Source of the DNA: an uncultured Gammaproteobacteria bacterium
Lineage (GTDB): Bacteria; Pseudomonadota; Gammaproteobacteria; Steroidobacterales; Steroidobacteraceae
NCBI GenBank assembly: GCA_963706755.1
Contig: CAVPNH010000002.1
Span: 21,660 to 85,659, forward strand
Length of the DNA: 64,000 nt
Direction of reading: 5' to 3'
Below the pieces are notes generated by a model. That model was given only the letters and a program-made list of their open reading frames with translations. It was not told the DNA's origin and did not search any database. Within the stretch, counting starts at the first letter, position 1. Each line of letters starts with the position of its first letter. Made by a program: the position numbers and the translations under genes. Below are positions 58,634 to 64,000 of the stretch, in pieces.

Positions 58634-60694
58634 ATGAAGGCTGCCGGGCGCGCCGCCGCACTTGCGATCCTCCTTCTGCTGGGAAGCTGCGGTGGTGGCG
58701 GCGGCGGTGGATCGCGGCAACCATCGCCACCGTCGCCGCTCGTCGTCAACAGCCTCCTCGACTCCGCCACACCGCCGCCGGGCACGACGACGCTGCGCTC
58801 GGCCCTTGCGCTGGCCACGGCGGGTCAACCCATCACCTTCGACAGGAGCCTCGACGGGGGCACCATCGCGCTGTCGGTCGTCGCGGACGAGCACACGCTG
58901 CTCAAGGGCGAGGTCATGGGCATGCGGAACGAGCCCAGTGGTCCCGTCTCCTACCTCGTCGGGTACTTCGACCGCGACTACGGGCGATCGGCGCTCGTGG
59001 CGCGCAAGGATGTGGTGATCGACGCGTCGGATCTCCCGTCGGGCATCACCCTTGCGTGGACGGGAGGGACACAGCCCGGTGCGCGCGTGCTGGCCGTCGA
59101 CGGCAATCTCACGCTCACGAATGTCGCGATCACGGGCGGGTACAACGTGGCCGAGGCCATTTCGATCACCGATCCGTATCCCCAACCCTGGACCCTGGCT
59201 CGCGGCGGCGCGCTGGCGGTCTGGGGCGTGGCCAGGCTCACCGATTGCCGGCTCTACGGCAACTACGTCCAGGGCGATTTCGACTCATCGCGGGATCGCG
59301 GTGCGTTCGGCGGCGCGATCTACGCGGACATCGTGGAGATGCGGAACTGCGTCGTCAGCGGCAATTCGGTGCTCGGGGGCGGCGCAGCCGGGGGCGGCGT
59401 CTACTCCGTCGGCGGTGCCGGGCACTCCGGGACGACATCGACCATCGACCGGTCGACGATCAGCGGCAACCGTATCAGCGGCCTGTTCACTTACGGTGCC
59501 GGCGTGTTCTCGGATGGAGGCAGCATCGGCAACCGAAAGAAGCTGCGACTGACGAACAGCACGATCGCCAGGAATCTCGCCGAGCCCGCGCCGCGCCTGC
59601 CGCAGTTCCTGCTGGCCATGGGCTACTGGCGCGGCGGCGGGATCTACATGTCGAACGGCTACCTGGAGATCCAGGGCTGCACGATCGTGGAGAACAAGGT
59701 TTACGGTGTCCCTCGCACCGACAGTCTTGGCCGGCGCAACCTGGCCGGCGGTATCGCGGCGACGGTCGGCAATGCCCACGCCGTGGAGGACCTGGTCCTC
59801 GGCGACTCGATCGTTGCCGGAAACACCGTGCAGGAGGTCGGCGGCAATCTATATCCGCAGGACATCTACACGGGCTCGCTGTTCTACTTCCGGAGCGCGG
59901 GACACAACCGGATCGGCGTGCTGGATTTCACCCAGATCCTGGTTCCCGTCGGGGAGCCTGGCTGGGCCTCGCTGAGCCGCAAGCATTACCCGCAGCCGGG
60001 GGACGCGGACGGCATCCAGTTGCCCGACGTCGTCGACCTGGCGGGTGGGATCACGCAGTCGACCTCGATCTTCTCGGCCGGCACCGACACGGGCGAGCTC
60101 GCAGTGCTTCACTACCAGCCTCGGGGCAGCGCGCTGGACCAAGTGCCTTCGTCGCCTCGCAATCTCGACGAGACCCTGGCCGAGTACTCTCTGGCGGCCG
60201 GAGCTACGGACAACTTCCTCGCGATCATGCTCGGCCGGCTGGAGAGTCGGTACGCCCTCCCCGGTTTTGCGGCCAGCTTCCGAACAGACTTCGAGGCATT
60301 CCTGCAGTCGGTCGACACGGACACAGCGACCCCTGGCGTCCAGCCGTACAGGGATCCGGCCGGCAATCCGATCCTGACGCTCGCCGCTACGCGCTGGTTC
60401 GGCCCTGCCCAGACCTGGCCGACGGAACTCGAAAACCATCCATACATCCACTTCTGGCACCGGCTCGACGCAGCGGTTGCGGTCGCGCAAATCCCGGGCA
60501 TGGGGCCGGAGCTGCTCGGCGACAGGTCATGGCGACTTCTGTTCTCGAGCGGCGCCCTCGCCGAGAATCCGGGCATTCACATGACGGTCAGCACTCAACC
60601 GCGGCTGGCGGTCCAGCGACTGAGCGTCGACCAGCTTGGGCGCTCGCGGCCTGCGGCTACGGCCGCCGACATCGGGGCGATCGAGGCGCCCTGA
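58634..60694 (+). CDS. Lipoprotein with right-handed parallel beta-helix repeats (CSLREA/choice-of-anchor-Q-like)
   Basis: ATG 58634 in ORF 58478..60694. Lipobox LLLGSC followed by a G7 linker. TLRSALALA motif. Repeated ...N(C/S)..(S/A)GN.. beta-helix turns (LTNVAITGG, MRNCVVSGNSV, STISGNRI, LTNSTIARN, IQGCTIVEN, GDSIVAGN). Confidence 0.75.
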   Translation: MKAAGRAAALAILLLLGSCGGGGGGGSRQPSPPSPLVVNSLLDSATPPPGTTTLRSALALATAGQPITFDRSLDGGTIALSVVADEHTLLKGEVMGMRNEPSGPVSYLVGYFDRDYGRSALVARKDVVIDASDLPSGITLAWTGGTQPGARVLAVDGNLTLTNVAITGGYNVAEAISITDPYPQPWTLARGGALAVWGVARLTDCRLYGNYVQGDFDSSRDRGAFGGAIYADIVEMRNCVVSGNSVLGGGAAGGGVYSVGGAGHSGTTSTIDRSTISGNRISGLFTYGAGVFSDGGSIGNRKKLRLTNSTIARNLAEPAPRLPQFLLAMGYWRGGGIYMSNGYLEIQGCTIVENKVYGVPRTDSLGRRNLAGGIAATVGNAHAVEDLVLGDSIVAGNTVQEVGGNLYPQDIYTGSLFYFRSAGHNRIGVLDFTQILVPVGEPGWASLSRKHYPQPGDADGIQLPDVVDLAGGITQSTSIFSAGTDTGELAVLHYQPRGSALDQVPSSPRNLDETLAEYSLAAGATDNFLAIMLGRLESRYALPGFAASFRTDFEAFLQSVDTDTATPGVQPYRDPAGNPILTLAATRWFGPAQTWPTELENHPYIHFWHRLDAAVAVAQIPGMGPELLGDRSWRLLFSSGALAENPGIHMTVSTQPRLAVQRLSVDQLGRSRPAATAADIGAIEAP

Positions 60695-60763
60695 ACGGGA
60701 GCCCCGGAGACGACGACGCCGCCCGAAGGCGGCGTCGCCGAGGCAAGACTGCGGACTCCGCAG

Positions 60764-61213
60764 TTACTTCATCGTGACCTTGACGCCGTTGGCCGAGCCG
60801 ACGTTGATCTGCAGTCCCTTGTTGCGCGAGAGGAGCTTCATCACCACGCCGTTCTCGTTCTTGAGATACAGGGCGCCGGCGCCGCCGCCGAGCGTCGCAC
60901 TTGCATCCCACTGCGTGTAGGTGCCCGCGAACTTGGACAGGTCCTTCAGGTCGTAGACCTCGCCCGAGGCCTCGATCTTCGTGACGCCGACGTTGGCGCC
61001 GACGGTCAGGCCGCTCAACTTGAACTCGTGGGTCTTGCCCTGGTAGGTCAGCGTGCCGCCGCCGGTGCTGCCGCCGAGGACGAGGGCGAACTGCGTCGAA
61101 TCGATGGAGACGGTGCCGTCGGGCTTCTTGGCGTCCGCGGCGAGCGCGAGGCCGCCCGCGAAAAATGCCGCCACCAGAGCCAGCGCGCCGAGGACATTGC
61201 GAAAATTCTTCAT
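60764..61213 (-). CDS. Small secreted beta-rich hypothetical protein
   Basis: ATG 61213 after GGAGGA in ORF 60764..61441; 149 aa. Has a signal peptide (MKNFRNVLGALALVAAFFAGGLALA) and Gly/Thr-rich beta-strand-like sequence. Confidence 0.7.
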   Translation of the reverse strand: MKNFRNVLGALALVAAFFAGGLALAADAKKPDGTVSIDSTQFALVLGGSTGGGTLTYQGKTHEFKLSGLTVGANVGVTKIEASGEVYDLKDLSKFAGTYTQWDASATLGGGAGALYLKNENGVVMKLLSRNKGLQINVGSANGVKVTMK

Positions 61214-61430
61214 GGTCAGGAATCCTCCGGGAAATCGGGGTGAATCGTGTTGGGGGGTGAACACCGTCATCTTACACGGCCTGTCGGTCCATTTTGACCA
61301 GCCCCGCCGCTGGCGGAAACGCCTTTTGTCACCATCTCGCAGGGCGCATCTGCGGAAACCGAAATGCCCCTCCCGTTCCGGTGGCCTAGACTCCCGGACC
61401 GGCGGCACTCGTCTGCCGGGGAGGGCGAAC

Positions 61431-62435
61431 GTGACTTGCATCTTTGCTCACAGGCGGATTCCCCGCGGCGTACTGGCGCTTCCGGCGCTGTGTGCGCTCG
61501 CCTCGCTGGCCGGACCCGCGGCCCACGCAGACCCCCTGCTCACGCGCAACCAGAACCCGTTGCTGCTGCCTTTCGGCCTGCCGAATCCACTGCCCGCCCG
61601 GCTGCCGGCGGCGGATTCGGGGCGCTACGCGCTCTACGTGAACTGGTCGAACGCCGCGGACGACGACATTTCCGACTCGCACAACTTCACATTGGACGAG
61701 GAAAGCGAGGACGTGCGCCTGAGACTCGAGTACGCGTTCGCAACGGACTGGGCCGGGCTCGTCGAAATACCCTGGCGCCACCTGAGTGGCGGCACGCTCG
61801 ACGGCTTCATCGAGAACTGGCACGACCTGTTCGGGCTACCGAACGGCGCGCGCGACCACATGCCCGAGGACCGGCTGCTCATCGAATATCAGGAAGGCGA
61901 CGAACTCCTGCTGCAAGTCGACGGCAGCGCATCAGGAATCGCCGACGTACCGCTCGCCGTGGGATATCAGCTCAAGGCGACGGAGCAGAGCGCACTGTCG
62001 ACCTGGCTCACGGTCGATGTCCCGGTCGGCGATTCGAACGACCTGCTGGGCAACGGCGCCGTGGATGTCGCATTGAGCATTGCCGGCCAGACACAACTGG
62101 CCGAGCACTGGCAGATGTTCGGGCAGGTCGACGCCGTCTGGCTGGGCCAGGGCGACATCCTTCCCAGGTACCAGGAAAGCTTCGCCTGGGCCGGGCTTGC
62201 GGGCGTGTCATGGAACGCGTGGCGCAGCCTCGACCTGACCGTCCAGTTCTACGCAAACTCGCAGGTCTTCGACATCCCGATCAACGGACTGTCGGGTGAC
62301 GCCGTCGTCCTCACGTACGGCGGCACCTGGCGCACACCCGGGGGCTGGCGATTCGACTTCGGCATGAACGAAGACATCCAGGTGGACGCATCCCCCGACA
62401 TGACGTTCTACTTCGCCGTACAGCGCGGGTTCTGA
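61431..62435 (+). CDS. Putative outer-membrane beta-barrel protein (DUF3187-like, assignment from memory)
   Basis: GTG 61431 in frame with ORF 61053..62435. Has a signal peptide (LPALCALASLAGPAAHA), N-terminal LLTRNQNPLLLPFGLP, alternating amphipathic strands and a C-terminal ...TFYFAVQRGF aromatic terminus typical of OMPs. Confidence 0.65.
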   Translation: MTCIFAHRRIPRGVLALPALCALASLAGPAAHADPLLTRNQNPLLLPFGLPNPLPARLPAADSGRYALYVNWSNAADDDISDSHNFTLDEESEDVRLRLEYAFATDWAGLVEIPWRHLSGGTLDGFIENWHDLFGLPNGARDHMPEDRLLIEYQEGDELLLQVDGSASGIADVPLAVGYQLKATEQSALSTWLTVDVPVGDSNDLLGNGAVDVALSIAGQTQLAEHWQMFGQVDAVWLGQGDILPRYQESFAWAGLAGVSWNAWRSLDLTVQFYANSQVFDIPINGLSGDAVVLTYGGTWRTPGGWRFDFGMNEDIQVDASPDMTFYFAVQRGF

Positions 62436-62533
62436 CCGGTACGCTGCGCAACGGGCACCACGTGTCGGAGCCGGAGGACGCACCGTGATCGGAATCTGGG
62501 GAGCGCACGCACAGGCTCTTCCTGCTCGTCCTG

Positions 62534-62875
62534 ATGCTCGTCACGTCCGCCGTGTTCGCGCTGCCGATCTTTCTCGCCCCGCTTGCGTGGGCGCGGCGGC
62601 TCGGCTGGCGGATCCCGGAGCACACCGACCTCGCCGTCTATTTCGGTCGTTGCCTCGGCGCATTCATCCTGATCGTCGAATTGCTGATGCTGCGAGCCGC
62701 GTTCACCGGGACCGGGCTCGTGTTCACCTTCCAGGTGCTGATCGCGGTCGCCGTCCTGATGACGGTCGTGCACATCTGGGGAGCGCTGCAGCGCATCCAG
62801 CCGATGTCCGAGACGCTGGAGATCGGCATGTATGCCGGACTGGGGATCCTGGCGGTGCTGTTTTATCCGGGCTAG
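62534..62875 (+). CDS. Small hypothetical membrane protein (3-4 TM helices)
   Basis: 113-aa hydrophobic ORF. An in-frame stop lies at 62486-62488 upstream. No family recognised. Confidence 0.5.
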   Translation: MLVTSAVFALPIFLAPLAWARRLGWRIPEHTDLAVYFGRCLGAFILIVELLMLRAAFTGTGLVFTFQVLIAVAVLMTVVHIWGALQRIQPMSETLEIGMYAGLGILAVLFYPG

Positions 62876-62906
62876 GGAAGAGCCAGCAGGCTTGCCGCCT
62901 GGCCAT

Positions 62907-62996
<90 letters not shown>

Positions 62997-63018
62997 ACTC
63001 TGAACTATCCGCGACCCG

Positions 63019-64000
<982 letters not shown>

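Overview
High-GC (roughly 67-68% by eye), gene-dense chromosomal segment of a Gram-negative proteobacterium. Gene content suggests a gamma- or beta-proteobacterium; I cannot place it more precisely without a database search. I can support about 52 protein-coding genes, one tRNA-Ser(UGA) and one SRP (4.5S) RNA. The ORF track misses both RNAs. It also misses the first gene, which runs off the left edge.

I saw no rRNA, CRISPR array, transposase, integrase, phage gene or low-GC island. This looks like core genome, not an obvious accessory or defence island.

Main blocks:
- 1-7944: catabolic operon with two class-III aminotransferases, an aldehyde dehydrogenase, a two-subunit CoA-transferase and an exported propeller/hydrolase.
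- 8137-13259: orphan secreted proteins and a molybdoenzyme.
- 13375-25870: region where three otherwise intact genes (yheS-like ABC-F, prc, one RND pump) carry four single-base insertions.
- 21484-28985: MdtABC-like MFP-RND-RND efflux operon.
- 29071-35939: unusual phosphorelay operon.
- 36001-39280: ppsR/ppsA.
- 39678-42409: recR-ybaB-dnaX-ffs.
- 42448-46305: peptidases and queF.
- 46497-50383: neutral-lipid genes (two divergent WS/DGAT plus a hydrolase).
- 50305-54211: kinase + acyl-CoA dehydrogenase + 2 SDR cluster resembling 4-hydroxyacyl-CoA (lva / ACAD10-11 type) catabolism.
- 54475-62875: LysR, M64 peptidase and envelope proteins.
- 62907-64000: tRNA-Ser directly downstream of serS.

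The best candidate for an undescribed system is the phosphorelay operon. It has a sensor-fused, CheW-less CheA-type kinase, a CheY and a CheX, co-operonic with a protein that joins a receiver-like domain to a TonB C-terminal domain. The second most interesting signal is a pair of long perfect hairpins at 39408-39596. They share an identical 24-nt loop in opposite orientations but have different stems.

All functional calls rest on motif recognition by eye. No HMM or BLAST search was run, and start codons are best guesses.
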